Under the pieces are notes generated by a model, which saw nothing but the letters and a program-made list of their open reading frames with translations, had not been told where the DNA came from and ran no database searches. This document shows, one piece after another, positions 1 to 12,339 of a stretch of DNA of 64,000 nt; within the stretch, counting starts at the first letter, position 1; each line of letters opens with the position of its first letter. Source of the DNA: an uncultured Nitrososphaeraceae archaeon (GTDB lineage: Archaea; Thermoproteota; Nitrososphaeria; Nitrososphaerales; Nitrososphaeraceae); the NCBI GenBank assembly GCA_963765895.1, contig CAVXZB010000084.1, positions 320,001-384,000 of the forward strand, read 5' to 3'. Made by a program: the position numbers and the translations under genes.

Positions 1-373
1 CCTCAATTTTCTAGCATAAGATTATGAATACATGCTTAACGTTTACACACGCATACGCAACATCCTTAATTATGTGCGAATATATTGTATTGACAGCAAA
101 ACCTAATAATTATTCTAGTACAATAGTGGCGTCATACGTTCATGTCATCATATCTTGTATCACACCTTTAACAAATCCTACACTTAAAGATTTTATTTTC
201 TACCAAAAGGACTCCCAGAAACTAGAATAACATAGCAGTCTACAGGTTTAATATTGACCACTTGTTAGTTAGTGGCATCATGTTTGTAAAACTGATGAAA
301 TTAATTTGATAGCAAACGACCAGCTGCTGGCGTTTACTGCAAATTTCTTGTTAGCAATGACTCCAGAATGGCC

Positions 374-1450
374 TCAAAGCGTTCCGTTGTCAGAGACTCC
401 CTTGATGATCAAGTGATGTTCTCCTTTTGGTATAAAAAGATTCAATCTTATTGTTTTGCCATCTCTATTTATTGTTAATTTCGAGTTGTAATCCAACGGA
501 TAGGGTTTTCCATCCATTGTCACAGATACTGTATGATGGTATGATAACTGCGCAAGTCTAAATGTAAGCGGTCCGCCAGTAGGGTTGTAATGTTCTACGC
601 CAAATTTTATGCTATCGGTACTATTGTCATATCTAAAATCACTTACTTTTGCAATAGCCTGCAAATCGTAGGCTATAAATTTGCCATTACCCACGACCAG
701 CGTATTAATAGGGTCGTTTAGATCAACTCCCGCACAACTGTAGTAAACCACCTTTGTTTTTATGGCTGCATCTGGAATAGCAGTGAATTTGACTTCCTCC
801 CCTGGCCTAACTATGGAAACAGGCTGACTCTTTACTGAATCTATTTGTTTTCCAGCACCATCGTGCGCAGACGCGTATATACTGACATTATGGAGATCTA
901 CCTGGCCTATATTTTTCGCAGTCCCTGTAAGTAGGCCATCCGGACGGGATGCCAGATTGGAATAGTTTAGTCTTAACATACTATCGAAGTTAGGAATGGG
1001 CATGAACGATTGGCTCATCAGAAATGCCTTGCCACGTACATTATAGAAATTTGGATCAATCACAAACTTAAACGGAGATCCGCTTTGAGGATATATGATT
1101 TTCCCATAAAGCGGCTGGACCATAGTTGATATTTCAAGATCATTGCTCTTAATTTCGTGTTCAGGATCGCCTTTTTGAGTTACATTTAGGCCAACTCTTA
1201 CTTGTGCAGGAGTGGTACCAGCGTTGTCGACAACTCCTACTATGTTTAGCATGCCATGCGAATCTATGAAAGAACCCTGCTTTGCAAATGTAAAATTGTT
1301 CACAGATAAAATTGATTGGCGGTTATTTAATACCGCAAATGCACTTTGGTCAAACATTGAATAAGACCAATAAAATGCAATCATGATACTTGCTAAAGAC
1401 ATTATTAGCTTAATTTTTGTTAAATAATCCAATACTGTCCTTACCTTCAA
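374..1450 (-). CDS. Secreted FxLYD-domain-like protein (two Ig-like repeats)
   Basis: 358-aa ORF with an N-terminal hydrophobic signal/anchor. Two FxLYD-like repeats (LNIVGVVDNAG; LLTGTAKNIG...VSIYASAHDGAGKQID...VRPGEEVKF). Family assigned by motif resemblance. Confidence 0.65.
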   Translation of the reverse strand: MKVRTVLDYLTKIKLIMSLASIMIAFYWSYSMFDQSAFAVLNNRQSILSVNNFTFAKQGSFIDSHGMLNIVGVVDNAGTTPAQVRVGLNVTQKGDPEHEIKSNDLEISTMVQPLYGKIIYPQSGSPFKFVIDPNFYNVRGKAFLMSQSFMPIPNFDSMLRLNYSNLASRPDGLLTGTAKNIGQVDLHNVSIYASAHDGAGKQIDSVKSQPVSIVRPGEEVKFTAIPDAAIKTKVVYYSCAGVDLNDPINTLVVGNGKFIAYDLQAIAKVSDFRYDNSTDSIKFGVEHYNPTGGPLTFRLAQLSYHHTVSVTMDGKPYPLDYNSKLTINRDGKTIRLNLFIPKGEHHLIIKGVSDNGTL

Positions 1451-2164
1451 AAGTGAATATAAATTAAACTATTAATTTGAAGTTACCAATTAATGATGCA
1501 TAGGAGCGTTCTTTGTACATCAATCTGTCAGAGTTGGCAGTGAAGGTTGATGATATTCTATTAAAAATTCATGCAGGAATACCCATTTTAGGGCCCGATA
1601 TGCGAGGAAACCATAATAGACTGCTACAACGAATACAATAATCTTGAGCAACATCTGAAGTTGAGGATGATTGCATTCTAGATTTGGCAACACCTATGCT
1701 GGATTTTATGGATTAAGTCATACAAGCCCTTTATGCATATCCCTGGAATATGGATAAAATTATGTTACCCTATCAGAAGTTACAGGTGATGACAATTAAA
1801 TAGATATTAAATGAAGTTAAAACAGTAAAGATGTAGATGATTCGAATCATTTGGGTATATAATACAATTGATATTGACAAATAACAAATGACAATGACAA
1901 ATATCCAATCTTTCCTGGTGATTATGCATTCATTGCTCCAATTTCTCAGTGGAACCAGTATATTTAAAGCGTTCATAGTTCAACTTATGGTCTTCCATTA
2001 ATTCATGGTCTCGGTCGTTACTTTATTGTAATCATGCCTACAAAAAGTAGTAATCTGATGGAGTTTGTGTGACTCGGATTTTATCCGGCTATCTAACCCT
2101 TTTCATTAATGATGTCCTAAAACGAACTTAAAACAGAGTACATTGAAATAAAAAAAGATATAGT

Positions 2165-2635
2165 TTAAGTTACACTAACTTTTCCAACCATTGATGGATG
2201 TATAACGCAGTAATAATCAAAACTGCCTGTTTTGTCAAACGTATGACGGAAAGATTGCCCTGGCTGAATATCTCCTGAATTGAATTCTGATGAAGTTGAC
2301 GTTACTGTATGTCCTTCACGGTGATCATTAGTCCAGGTAACTGTGTCTCCAACTTTAACATCTATCGGATTAGGACTAAATGAGTTTGAATGTTTTATTC
2401 CAACTATCTGGACTTGGTTTGCTGTTTCAGTAGGCCCACTGAATTCAGCTGCCTGATTATTTGATGTATTAGGATTATTGTCGGTTGAGATAGTGTCAGA
2501 ACCGGAATCTTTGTGTTTTTTTGCAAATAATTGAGTTTCGGGGCCCATCATGGCATAAGCTATGCCAATTGCTATTACAGCCAAGGTTACAACTGCAATT
2601 ACTTTGGCTATTTTTAAATTCACATTCTTTGACAT
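2165..2635 (-). CDS. Cupredoxin (plastocyanin/azurin-like type-1 copper protein), membrane-anchored or secreted
   Basis: FSPNPIDVKVGDTVTWTN..HTVT and YYCVIHPSMVG supply the His/Cys/His/Met ligands. TM/signal follows MSKNVNLK (probable start 2635; the ORF track starts at 2743). Confidence 0.9.
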   Translation of the reverse strand: MSKNVNLKIAKVIAVVTLAVIAIGIAYAMMGPETQLFAKKHKDSGSDTISTDNNPNTSNNQAAEFSGPTETANQVQIVGIKHSNSFSPNPIDVKVGDTVTWTNDHREGHTVTSTSSEFNSGDIQPGQSFRHTFDKTGSFDYYCVIHPSMVGKVSVT

Positions 2636-2901
2636 TTTAAATACAAAGCGAAGTGGTAAGTACCAAATATTTGAATTTTGGAAAATTAAAACAGAGCAAA
2701 TAGATAGTAAGGTGTATGGAAGAATGTAATATATCCAAATCATACATTATTTTAATATGTACATAGATAAAACAATTAGATAAATTAAACTTGGTTTATT
2801 ACGGAATTATTACGGAATTTATTGAATTCTTAAGTGGTCATTCGGATATTGATATTGATAATTTTTTAAACGTTTCCACAGTCTTTAAATCACATGTTTA
2901 T

Positions 2902-3309
2902 TCAGCCATTATTTTCTAATGCTGATTTCCATTTATCGATCTCGCTATCAAAATTTGTCATTTGTTCCTCAAATAATGTATCAGTTAGACCGTCAGGCTT
3001 TACGAATACCCATGTAGTCGTAGAGCCTTCTTTGTTTGGAACCGTTCTTATATATACATTCCAATGTCAATCCTCCATCCATAAAAAATGTGGTCCAATA
3101 TACCGTATTTTTTAGCGGAATTGGTAATGCTTCATCATTGACCTTCCTGCAATTGCGTGATCAAATGTCCACCAACTATCGGACGACTACTGTAACGCAC
3201 TTATTTTACCTCCTACCTCCAAGCTTTTCATATTTTCAAAGAAACTATATACTTCGTTTACATTTCTCGTTAAGGTCATTGTTTTTACTATTACCTTTAC
3301 AGGTCTCAT
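2902..3309 (-). pseudogene. Disrupted SRPBCC/START-like protein
   Basis: Manual reading: MRPVKVIVKTMTLTRNVNEVYSFFENM...WWTFDHAIAG...YGILDHIF...VYIRTVPNKEGSTTTWVFVKPDGLTDTLFEEQMTNFDSEIDKWKSALENNG*. Contains an internal stop and frameshifts. Confidence 0.5.
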
Positions 3310-3601
3310 TAATCCTCCATGTCATTGGTCATTATTAATTATTGACTATTTTATGAGTAAGCAGGATTACAAAATACAATATCCCCTTGACAGGATTAAT
3401 AATCATAAAACTAGACTATGGAAAAACTAGGTCGATTTATCTTGCCAGTAATCTAGAACGTCACGATGTTCTAATGCGACAGGAAAGTACATAATAACCA
3501 GATGTTCTAGTCATAATTGAATTTCTGTTAATAAAGGAAGAGATTTTGTTATTGCGGTGGCTGAGAAGGCGCAGTGATTCATAGCGAAGTATAGCCTTTT
3601 A

Positions 3602-4744
3602 CTATATCTTCCTTAACACTGAAATTAGTCTGTCGATATCATCTTCGTTATTATAGAAATGTGGCGAAACCCTAATACCCTTTCCTCGTGCCGACAAAAC
3701 TATCTTGTGCTTTCGCTCAAGTTCAGCAACAAGATTAACTGGATTGCGTTTAGGTTTGAATAGTATTATTTGGGATCTATATTTTCTATCTTCTATTGGT
3801 GAAAGGATTTGAAGGCCCAAATTTCGTAGCTTCTCAATCAGATAATCTGTCAGATTAAGAAGCCGACGCTCAATTTGACGAATTCCAATTCGTGATATGT
3901 ATCTTAATGCCGCATTTAATGCAAAAATACTCTGGAAATTTGGAGTACCTACTTCGAACTTGGTTGCGTCAGTTGACATGTCCACTTTCATATTATTACT
4001 ATAATCCTCTTTTTTCTTTTGACCAGCTTGACCAAAAAAAACCGGTTCAAAAGTCAAGTCTTCTAGATACTTTCTCCTAATGTAAATAGCACCAATTCCA
4101 AATGATGAGAGTAGCCATTTGTGCCCTGTTCCGACCATAAAATCAATACCATAATCCTTTACACTAAAATATGATGCTCCTAATGATTGTGTTGCATTTA
4201 CCACGAGGAATAATTGCTTCTTCTCTGCTATATCGTGAAGTGCTTTTAGATCTTGTTTAAACCCAGTGGAGTACTGGACATGACTAGTAACTAATGTCCT
4301 TGCATCACTATTTTCTGAGATCATTTTCAGAATATCTTTCTTTAGTATCTTGTTGCCATTGTTTGCCCTGACAAATTTCACATTGTTTCGATTAACGTTA
4401 ATCCACGGCAAATTAGAAGATGGAAATTCCAATTCATTTGATATTACACTGCCTTTGTCTGACAGCATATGCGCAATTATATTCATGCCCTCGCTGGTTG
4501 AATGTGTGAAGGCTATATCTTTTCCACTACTAGCCCCAATAAACTTGGCATAAAGATCCTTAGTATTTTGAATTTTTACTACCCAATCATTCCACAAATG
4601 TTCTGAGTGACACATTGCGTCCTGGTAGAATTTTAACACCTCATTGTAAACTGTTACTGGAATAGGTCCGATGGCAGCATTAGCTAGATAACAGTATTTT
4701 CGAGTGACGGGAAAATCATCTCTCAGCTTATCCCAGTCTGGCAT
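3602..4744 (-). CDS. Aminotransferase class V, PLP-dependent (SufS/selenocysteine lyase-like)
   Basis: LRDDFP..YLANAAIGP, STSEGMN, NATQSLG, GHKWLL (PLP lysine), FEVGTPN, IRVSPHFYNNEDDID. Confidence 0.9.
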   Translation of the reverse strand: MPDWDKLRDDFPVTRKYCYLANAAIGPIPVTVYNEVLKFYQDAMCHSEHLWNDWVVKIQNTKDLYAKFIGASSGKDIAFTHSTSEGMNIIAHMLSDKGSVISNELEFPSSNLPWINVNRNNVKFVRANNGNKILKKDILKMISENSDARTLVTSHVQYSTGFKQDLKALHDIAEKKQLFLVVNATQSLGASYFSVKDYGIDFMVGTGHKWLLSSFGIGAIYIRRKYLEDLTFEPVFFGQAGQKKKEDYSNNMKVDMSTDATKFEVGTPNFQSIFALNAALRYISRIGIRQIERRLLNLTDYLIEKLRNLGLQILSPIEDRKYRSQIILFKPKRNPVNLVAELERKHKIVLSARGKGIRVSPHFYNNEDDIDRLISVLRKI

Positions 4745-5467
4745 ATGAGGCCTGTATTGGGTGCCACATTATAAATATGATTAGAGGTTATTTCCCTGTG
4801 TTGCAGGATGATCTTTCTCTTCGATATATGAGCATCATCAAAGTCTAATTTCAAATATCTGACTGAACACGCCAGACAAGACATCTAATTTACAGATCCG
4901 TGTTACAGATATATGACGTCTTGGCCGTCTAAGCGGATTATGGATTTGAAGTATTTTAGGCCGCTTCTGATATGCTGAAAAGGAGATCGTTTTTTCCTTC
5001 TTACATCTATACTCAACTAACCAGATACAAGAATCGTTAATGACTTTTCCTGATGATTTGTTGAAGATGCCTGCTTACCACAGACACGTGACTCATTTCG
5101 CCTACAACATTTCTACTAATACCGTATCCGATCAATGTGGAATTGCTTTAATCACATAGGATGAAAATGGCAAGATATTATTGAGAATTATTAATACTAT
5201 AAACACAAGGCCATTGCCAATTTTATCTTGTCCTTAAACTATGCATTTTCGCTCCGCGGTTATTCCGTGAGAGAATTGGGTCAGCCAGCAACATAGCGCA
5301 TATTACAAACTGGACTGACAACGAAAGTGGACTCTGACTGAAATTTATTTTCTTATGAAACCCAGAAAAATAAGCTTTAGAAGATAGATAGATAGATAAG
5401 ATATTATATTAGCTTAAATTCAACTAATAGGAAAAATATGTGATGGTGGTGGCGACGTACATTAATT

Positions 5468-7820
5468 ATGCGTGTTAATGCTCGACTTAATCGAATAAAT
5501 CTACTTATCGGGCTTGCCATCGCAATCATAATATCAGACTCTATAATCTATTTTTCAGAAGCTGCTAGCAAGGAGTTTTATTCAAATTGGATCATTGTCA
5601 TTAATGCCTCAATTGCTGCGGGACTTGCGATATTGATATTATATAGACACAAACACCATGATGGAATATTTGACAAGTCACACACAGCTCTTGCCGTAGG
5701 TTTATGTCTGTGGCTAACTGCCGACATTATCTGGGCAGTATATCAGATCGTGCTGGAAATTGTTCCGCCGGTACCATCAATGGCCGATTTTGTATGGTTT
5801 TCTGCATATGGCTTCTTCGCTTTCTATTTATATTCAACGTACTTTGAGTTTCACAAAAAATTCAGGTTTAGTAAAAGACTAGTTGTTTTTAGCATCGTTG
5901 GTGCCGGAGTATTTCTATCATACGTAATTCTTGTGACTACAAGCATTGCCGATTTATCCTCAAACAGAGGTATTGCCATGTTTATCGTAGTGATTACATA
6001 TCCTGTTCTGGATTCCATACTTATCATACCGGCAATTGTAATCTTGTTAAGCTTTAGAAATGAGCCAGTGTGGTTCACTCCATGGCTATTTGAATCAGCC
6101 GGGATATTTCTAATGGCTATTTCAGACAGCTGGTTTGCACTAATTGTAGTCACTTCGTTATTGAACCAGTTCTGGTTATCTGCATTATTTTTTGCCTCGC
6201 ATTATATCATTATTTCAGCCGGTTTACTCTGGTATATCATCTACTTGATAAGAGAAAAAAAGAGCACTAATGAAGTGTCAACTAAAGATTACGTCATTGC
6301 CGATGGCGGTGAGACTACACCATCTGATAAGTTCAATTTTAACAAGAACAAAAATACTAAAAAAACAAACCGATCGGATAACGAAAAAAAGAGAAACATA
6401 TCGGGCCTTAAATCCAAGTTCGCACCTGTGATCATTATTATCATTATTTCTTGGTCAATCTATGTTTTTATCAGTTTAATTGCGTATCACGACCAATCCA
6501 CAACCAAGTTACCAGGTTGGATATCCTCATTTTTAACATTTCTACCCTCTATTTTTAGTGGGAATTCTGAAACAATAATACATCCGAGCCTTCAACATTT
6601 AGCTAATGCAGAATCAAATGTAAATACAACTATGCTGGGCGCACTTCTTCCAATTAGTGGCGCTTCCGCTTCGTTAGGCGAATCAGAACAAGCTGCCCTT
6701 AAAATTGCAATTAACGATATCAACAAATACTTTTCTGAACACCAGTCGAATACAAGGTTTGGACTTGTAATTGAAGACACCGGAAGTGATCCTCAAATCG
6801 GCCTCGAAAAAGTTAAGCGTTTGTCAGATATGGGGATAAAGATAATAATTGGTCCTTCCACTAGTGCAAACGTAAATCAGATTCGAAATTATGCGAATTC
6901 TCATGGTATATTGCTTGTTAGTCCATCAAGTACTGCTCCTTCCTTATCTCTCCCCGGAGATAATATTTTTAGATTTGTTCCGGATGACACACATCAGGCA
7001 CAGGCAGTATCGTCATTAATGTGGAAAGATGGGATAAGAATCATTGTACCATTCTGGAGAACTGATATTTATGGAAATGACCTAGTAAATGAAGTCAAAA
7101 ATAGTTTTGAAAAGATCGGGGGAAGATTTGTAGATGGTGTTGGATATACCCCACATACAGGTGACCTATCTGCTAGTCTCAACAGGATAAACTTCATAAT
7201 TTGGGATCAAGATTTGAAGACTCTCGAGGCGAAACTGAAGAAGGCCATATCAAATTATGGCGTAAGTAAAGTAGGGATTTATTTTGTAGCCTATGACGAA
7301 GTTGCGCCCATTTTCATTCAAGCGCAAGGTCATGACGTCTTGTCTGATGTAAAATGGTTTGGTAGCGATGGATCGGCACTTAACAACAAGGTCGTAAGAA
7401 ATACAGACGCTGCCTATCTTTGCTACTAAAACTGGTTTTGCTAATCCGATTTTCGGAGTTGAAAATGAGAGTAACACCAGGTTTAAACGTGTCGAAGCTT
7501 TAATTGAAAAGGATATCGAGAGAATACCAAGGTCATATGCAAGTACTGCCTATGACGCACTATGGGTTGCTGCATTAGCTGAAAACCAGACAAAGCAAGC
7601 AAACAACATTAGCATAGAACAGCTCAGAGATGCATTTACAAGAATTGCAAATTCATATACTGGTATTACCGGCAATACCAGTCTTGATCAGAACGGAGAT
7701 AGAAAATACGGCGATTACGAATATTGGGTAGTAACAGAAGATAAGAATAACTCAGGATCATACATATGGAAGCCAGAAGGTAGATTTGTATTTGAAAAAA
7801 CTCCAAACGGTCACAGATAG
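5468..7820 (+). CDS. Multi-TM membrane domain fused to a branched-chain amino-acid-type substrate-binding (type I periplasmic binding fold) domain; frameshift near 7420
   Basis: About 8 hydrophobic helices, then GALLPISG..., IEDTGSDP, IIGPSTS, SPSSTAPSLS, IFRFVPDD. The alternative frame continues FATKTGF...AYDALWVAALA...YTGITGNTSLDQNGDR to TAG at 7818-7820. Confidence 0.8.
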
Positions 7821-8135
7821 ATAGATAGATAGTCACAATAGCCCCTTACCGGATATAGCTGCATTTGAAGATGATGATACAACATAGATTTCGAAATAGT
7901 TGCAATCGGGACATTCTGTTAGCAAGGCCCACAATGATCTAAAGAGCAATAATTGTGATAGCATTATTAGAAAAACATTTTTTGATTATTATCGTGATAG
8001 ATAGAAAATCTCCAATAATTCTTGAACCTAATTGTAACCATAACCTAATGGTAATTTGAGTAATTCAAGAGCTTGTTATATTAAGTAGCTTTGCGCGCTA
8101 GCGAAAAGAGAAAAAAAGTGGCCTCCCGGGTTAAT

Positions 8136-8400
8136 TCATAAGACACTTGGAGAAACCAAATTCCTCATTTCATTAAAAACATAGAGAAAATGCAATCCTT
8201 TATCCGTTGTCCTGCAAGTCCTTTCGTTTAAGAAATATTCTATCAATCCATTTCGAATCAATAGCAGTAGATATTGCTTAAACGGAATATGACTCAGAGA
8301 GACCTTTGAAAGAATATCTGTGTGCCGAACCTTTTGACTTATTGCTGTCTCCAAAATTAAAGCTATTATTTCTACTCGACTTCTATACTGTTTTACACAT
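8136..8400 (-). CDS. Small winged-helix DNA-binding protein (HTH_45-type, common in Thaumarchaeota)
   Basis: In-frame QYRSRVEIIALILE...YLLLLIRNGLIEY...TTDKGLHFL. The ATG at 8400 is one base out of frame within an A-run. Confidence 0.75.
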
Positions 8401-8537
8401 GTTCGCGCTATATCCGTTCACAGTTTAGTATTAATTTACTAGTATATAATATATATCTGGATACAAACATTTACTTGTCGCTTTTTGAGGACATTTTTAT
8501 CAGAAATATTATCTATAGATGTTGTAATACGACATGT

Positions 8538-9406
8538 TGTACTTAAAGACATAGGGGACGTTATAGCTTACCGACATGAGGTCACGCTTCTGTGAGAAAG
8601 TGTATCCGTATAGAAATTCTAACAAGTATCATCTAATGCATGAAAAAGTATGGACTTGTGATAGAATACCTGCAACTAACCAAAAGATTCGTAAGTAACA
8701 GGATAAAATTTCGACTAAGAATTATTGAACTCTCGCCGAGCACACGAACTGTATACAGGAGATTAAAGAGGCATGGTCCTAACATCCTGAAGTGTCAAAC
8801 AAAGATAAGAGGGTACAAACGGTTTATTATAAAGCATTCAACTAAAATGGTACAGTTGGATATCCTTGGCCCATTTTCTCATTTTTTTCAGTCAAAGGAA
8901 TTACATCATTAACTGTCGATGACGCCTACAGAAAAGTAGCAGCCAGATAGGTCTGAAAGAAAGAAGTCAGATTATGTTCTTAACGCAATAGAGGATTGGG
9001 TAAAGAAGAAAAATGACAAGCCCAAGAGAGCGATGCACGATAACTGAAAACAGTTCACATCCAGGATATTCAGACTCTTCCTTGCACCAATCAGATATAG
9101 GATAAACAGATACCAAATTCCTATCCACAGTTGCAGGGCAGAGTGGAGGCATATAACAGATAGTATAGGATGAGTTTCTGACAATTGAAGACATGCCCAA
9201 TAAAGATGACTGAAAAACTATGGTACGACATGGTTGTTAAAACAAACAATTAGACTAGGACTAGAGAACATTGATGGATCAATGGTCTTACTCCATCAGA
9301 GGTATTTCTACAAGGTTAATTACACCCATAGTACTGTACGTGCAAGAACAAGCGGCAGAGTGTAACCCTGTCTATAATCAAAATGTAACCTATCTGGGTA
9401 AGTACA
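8538..9406 (+). mobile_element. Decayed IS481-like element (rve integrase-core transposase pseudogene)
   Basis: Fragments VQLDILGPF, TVDDA, HDN*KQFTSRIF, SYPQLQGRVEAYN. The ends tgtactta (8538) and taagtaca (9406) are inverted repeats. Confidence 0.65.
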
Positions 9407-9726
9407 GAAAGTAGAAAAAAGTCATTATATGTAAATAATCTATTCTGGAAAGTGAAAGTCATTGTTTACAATTCCTAGTAATTACTTCTGTATCTTTAAC
9501 TGAGGTCGCTGAATAGATGGATAATTAATATTCGACAGGAATTATCAATCATTATATATCTGGGTACCTATGTTGGTTAATTTTGAACTAATATTGGCTC
9601 GTACAACTAGATAAAAAATCCCTTTTTATGTGGTAAACAAAATAAAGAAAAGAGTGCCAGACCTTTAGTAGTTATTCAGCCTTTGTCTTGGCCTGTAGTC
9701 TGTTTGTAATGATCAGTTGTTAGACC

Positions 9727-10224
9727 CTAATTCTGGTTAGACTTTATTGCGTCTAGATGCGCCAACGGGTTGATTATTGCGTTATCCCAGTTTGGTCTGG
9801 ACATCACATAACTAACGGGTACGTTTGAAGGAATCACTATATCTGGGTCTACAAGTACACAGATCGTTCTTGCGATACCTGCTCTTCCGTTAGTTCCATC
9901 ATCAGCTGACCTCGCATGACCGTCACTGCCATCATGCCCGCTGTTTCCACTATTTCCACCGTTTCCGTCATCTCCATTATTTGGCCCAAATCTTGCCATC
10001 CAGCCAAAGTCAGATAGACCTCTATCCGTTCGTGTACTGGTTCCACTATAATCTCCCCTTCCAACAGGACCTTTTCCTTGAATGCTCTTGCAATCTTGCT
10101 GTCCATTGCTTTGTCTGTCGTCAAATGCATATGAAGTCTGAATAAATAAGCTAGCACTTGATGCTACTACTATTGTTGCCACTGCTCCTATGAGCAGGAA
10201 TCTAATTGAATGCCAGTCGTTCAT
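9727..10224 (-). CDS. Secreted Gly-rich protein (family member 1)
   Basis: Signal peptide ending TSYA. CKSIQG...GDDGNGGNSGNSGHDGSDG...TICVLVDP. Confidence 0.75.
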   Translation of the reverse strand: MNDWHSIRFLLIGAVATIVVASSASLFIQTSYAFDDRQSNGQQDCKSIQGKGPVGRGDYSGTSTRTDRGLSDFGWMARFGPNNGDDGNGGNSGNSGHDGSDGHARSADDGTNGRAGIARTICVLVDPDIVIPSNVPVSYVMSRPNWDNAIINPLAHLDAIKSNQN

Positions 10225-11390
10225 ATTTTTCTCTGAAATTTGTTTTGGGACAATAGTTTATCTGCATTAAGTTATTTTACTCTTTGAAGTTTCCGGTAAG
10301 AAACTACAATAGTATTGTTGGTTACAATGATCATTTACGATTTCAGTAGCCAGTTCGTTTCATTAGTATCACTAAGTTTTTTCTCATCCATTCCGTCCAA
10401 TCGTTTTTGACCAGAGAATGGTTGGATAAAGTAAGTAAGTGTCAAAATGATCATCCCCACATAGGGAAGAGCGCGCGTGAGTGAAGAAAGAAGGGGAGAA
10501 GTGGAGTAATGTCTGGCGGGCTTCGATATAGACCGTGGTCTTGGCTTATCTTCAAGTATATTTGCATAATCATTTCATAAATAGATAGCCTCTATGGAAT
10601 TGAATTCCTATTCTACGTCTTAGAATTCGCTACAAAGATTAGATAAATTTTTGAATGCAGCATACGAAACAGGATAGAAGGAGATAGATCTGTCTGAGCA
10701 GCCGCCACTACTTGTCTCTATCATTATTGTATTAACTAATAGGCCAGCTACTATTATCTGCACTCGTTTCTACATTTAGGGAAACAAAGATTTGGTTCAC
10801 ACATACGTCTTTTACATTAAATCGCGAAGAAATAGGTGTAGAGACTAATAAAGCAGAATACAGATAAGGAAATAAAAACTAGTGAAGAAAAAAGAAAAAG
10901 TAACAGACGCGGATCGGCGTACGCTTAAATAAAATTGGGATATATAGTGCTGTTTATTCTATTGGGCTATCCATTACCAAGAATCTTCTTGGTATATGTT
11001 CGGAGCTATTAGAATACACAAGGTTGTTGCGTCTCCACCACGTCCAGCATTTCCGCCTTTTCCACCATCTGCATTTCCACCATCACCACCGTCTCCGCTG
11101 TGTGGTCCTTTCCCTCCTGATCCGCCATATCCAGCAACTCCGCCATATCCTCCAATCCCTCCTTTTGCACCGTCACCTGCGATACTGCTGGCAGCGTAGA
11201 GTTCGATCGGATGCGTTTGCAGGATGTGCAAACCAGCTAGCAAATGAAGATGCTACTACTATTGTTGCCACTGCTCCTATGAGCAGGAATCTAATTGAAT
11301 GCCAGTCGTTCATATTTTTCTCTGAAATTTGTTTTGGGACAATAGTTTATCTGCATTAAGTTATTTTACTCTTTGAAGTTTCCAGTAAGA
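10161..11390. repeat. About 140-bp near-identical direct repeat (10161-10301 and 11250-11390) covering the promoter and signal-peptide coding region
   Basis: atgctactactattgttgcc...ctttgaagtttcc(g/a)gtaaga is present twice. A diverged third copy lies upstream of 12339. Confidence 0.9.
10974..11313 (-). CDS. Secreted Gly-rich protein (member 2); +1 frameshift near 11189
   Basis: ATG at 11313 gives MNDWHSIRFLLIGAVATIVVASSFASWFAHPANASDRTLRCQ. One extra C follows, then SIAGDGAKGGIGGYGG...GGDATTLCILIAP, paralleling member 1. Confidence 0.75.
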
Positions 11391-11943
11391 TATACGGATA
11401 TAATTGTAGAGGGTGTAATACTACTCTATCTATTTCTGCCTTTGTTTTATGGAATAGTTTCCGCTCACAAAGTAGCTGTGCTAACACTGGCTTCAAAGAA
11501 TTCAGGTTATCTTTAGGGCGCTGCCAATATAAGGGATCCTATTAATATGTTACTTGTACTAAGACCCAGGAACAGCAATTATTATACATACATACATACG
11601 TACATGTATTCTGGTTCTATTAGGTGCTTAAACAAACAATGCCATTAGTTGTTTGTTATCATCAGTCGTTGGCAAGTCTAAGCTCGACCACAGTAAAATG
11701 CGGTACTATTTACATCTGCTTATGTCCTTTGATGTTTATAATAATTCCCCTTCAGCCTTACTGTGACATGCTAATAGTTCAGATTGCTGAAAATATAAAA
11801 TATATTTCCACAGTAGAAGTTTCGAAAGGGCCCATAACCGTAATATAACAGAAAATTATGGAGTAAAGCAAAATTTGCTCTACCTATCATAATAAAGGAT
11901 GCAAAAAAGTGTGTTTGTTAAGCTATTAGGATATCTATGTTCT

Positions 11944-12339
11944 TTAGTATTCTTTATTTATGCTGATAATGGTTTTGTCTGCACCGTCGTCGCCACTTCC
12001 GCCGCGTCCACCAATCGCGTCTCCGCCGCGTCCGCCATTTCCACCATACGGGTTATTATAACCATCATCATCATTTCTGTTGCCGCTGCCGTCATTTCCA
12101 ATACCATGAACTGGTGTGTTACCTCCGGATCCACCGTGACCCGCATGTCCACCAATCCCAGCATCTCCACCTGCTCCGCCATTTTCTGCTCTGGCGGTAA
12201 GATCTGCCTTTACTGGTTGCATTGGAGAAGCGACTAGAGCGATTATCCCGACAGTCATTAATGCTACAAGAGCTGTAGTTATCACATGAGCCTTTGTTGT
12301 CATACTGAAGAACATGCTACGAATATGGTTTATTTGCAT
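11944..12339 (-). CDS. Secreted Gly-rich protein (member 3)
   Basis: Signal peptide ending PVKA. GGAGGDAGIGGHAGHGGSGG...[16 protein letters not shown]. Confidence 0.8.
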   Translation of the reverse strand: MQINHIRSMFFSMTTKAHVITTALVALMTVGIIALVASPMQPVKADLTARAENGGAGGDAGIGGHAGHGGSGGNTPVHGIGNDGSGNRNDDDGYNNPYGGNGGRGGDAIGGRGGSGDDGADKTIISINKEY

